DNA of 64,000 nt, from contig JBMHCW010000062.1 of assembly GCA_049889715.1 (NCBI GenBank), positions 6,858-70,857 of the forward strand, given 5' to 3'. The position numbers and the translations under genes are program-made. Positions 61,067-64,000 of the stretch are shown in pieces. The stretch comes from Akkermansiaceae bacterium (GTDB lineage: Bacteria; Verrucomicrobiota; Verrucomicrobiia; Verrucomicrobiales; Akkermansiaceae). How positions within the stretch are numbered: position 1 is the first letter of the stretch; each line of letters starts with the position of its first letter. The notes below the pieces were generated by a model. It was not told the origin of the DNA. It was given only the letters and a program-made list of their open reading frames with translations, and made no database searches.

Positions 61067-61768
61067 ATGCTTATGGAGACGGAAAAACAGGGAGAAGCTG
61101 ATTTGATTCGCTTTACGTGTTCCCATTGCGGAGCCCCGCTTACGGTTGAAGCGGAGCTTGCTGGAATCACAGGGCCCTGTCCCTCCTGCGGCCAGCCCAT
61201 CACGGCTCCCGGCACGCGGAAGGAAACCCGGCCGGAGCCGAAACCTGTTGTTGGTCTCAAGCCCGCCGGCGATCCCAAGCCGGTGGTTCAGGAGAATCCC
61301 TTTCTCGATCCCAATCCTCCACTTCAACCAAAGCCAGCGACCCAGCCGAAACCGGTGGCCCAGCCAAAGCCAGTGGCCCAGCCGAAGCCGGTTCCGGAGA
61401 TCAAGCCGGCAGCCCAGGTTCAGCCGGTGGCGGCACCCAAACCCAGCTTGACGGAGTCTCCAAAACCGGAGCCGCCCAAGCCCTTGGTCACCGAAACTCC
61501 CAAGCCCTTGGTGACCGAGTCTCCCAAGCCTGTTTCCAAATTGCCGGATGGTCCGGCCAAGATCCCGGAAAAACCTGCGGCCGGGTCTTCGTCAACGAAG
61601 GAAAAGGTCCCGGAAAAACCCGCTAAAAATTCCCGAGCCACCGAGGTCCAGCGAGAGCGTTCTGAGGTGGCGATGGTGGTCAAGGCAATGATTTTAGGGC
61701 TGATCATCCTGTCGCTCGTTCTTGCCGTTGCCTGGTGGCTCAATCAGCAGATGGGCGGGGGAAATTGA
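61067..61768 (+). CDS. Zinc-ribbon / Pro-Lys-repeat / C-terminal TM protein
   Basis: FTCSHCGAPLTV...GPCPSCGQPI (CxxC...CxxC), a ~130-aa PKP-rich repeat linker, and the C-terminal TM VVKAMILGLIILSLVLAVAWWL. Confidence 0.65.
   Translation: MLMETEKQGEADLIRFTCSHCGAPLTVEAELAGITGPCPSCGQPITAPGTRKETRPEPKPVVGLKPAGDPKPVVQENPFLDPNPPLQPKPATQPKPVAQPKPVAQPKPVPEIKPAAQVQPVAAPKPSLTESPKPEPPKPLVTETPKPLVTESPKPVSKLPDGPAKIPEKPAAGSSSTKEKVPEKPAKNSRATEVQRERSEVAMVVKAMILGLIILSLVLAVAWWLNQQMGGGN
61325..61396 (+). repeat. 4 x 18-nt coding tandem repeat (QPKPxx)
   Basis: caaccaaagccagcgacc / cagccgaaaccggtggcc / cagccaaagccagtggcc / cagccgaagccggttccg. Confidence 0.8.
61475..61522 (+). repeat. 2 x 24-nt coding tandem repeat (PKPLVTE[TS])
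   Basis: cccaagcccttggtcaccgaaact / cccaagcccttggtgaccgagtct. Confidence 0.8.
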
Positions 61769-61836
61769 GCCTGTTTTTTGACGGCTTTTTCAGTGGGAAA
61801 AAAACTCTCTGAATTGAGGAAACAACCTTGCTCTAA

Positions 61837-64000
<2,164 letters not shown>

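Overview
A densely coding 64-kb chromosomal segment of about 60 genes, roughly 55-60% GC by eye. The gene content points to a Verrucomicrobiota genome, which is an inference from family content, not a search. The indicators are two PEP-CTERM proteins, two Cys-type sulfatases, a giant PA14/DUF1080/azurin-like secreted protein, TIGR03067- and DUF6288-like proteins, and an Akkermansia Amuc_1098-1102-type pilus-like cluster. Recognisable housekeeping genes are tkt, selD, aroD, coaE, rho, rnd, a DinG-like helicase and gyrB (truncated at the right edge). An MMPL transporter is truncated at the left edge; both edge genes are missing from the ORF track because they have no stop in the window. I found no rRNA, tRNA, CRISPR array, transposase, integrase, reverse transcriptase or classical defence system. 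The most noteworthy items are listed here. (1) A five-gene divergent pilMNOPQ-like locus at 44.5-51.8 kb, homologous to the poorly understood Amuc_1102-1098 system. (2) selD carries an in-frame UGA (selenocysteine) that the ORF track truncates. (3) A signal-peptidase-I homologue has both catalytic residues substituted and its membrane anchor split off into a separate overlapping ORF. (4) A Cys-depleted double zinc-ribbon gene downstream of blaI-blaR1 is interrupted by an in-frame TAG. (5) A furin/kexin-like S8 convertase has an RVKR propeptide site, and its orphan neighbour shares its C-terminal module. (6) Rho carries a ~220-residue Lys/Ala/Glu-rich N-terminal extension. Many long ORFs in the track are antisense shadows of real genes. 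All start codons are judged by eye and nothing was computed or searched.
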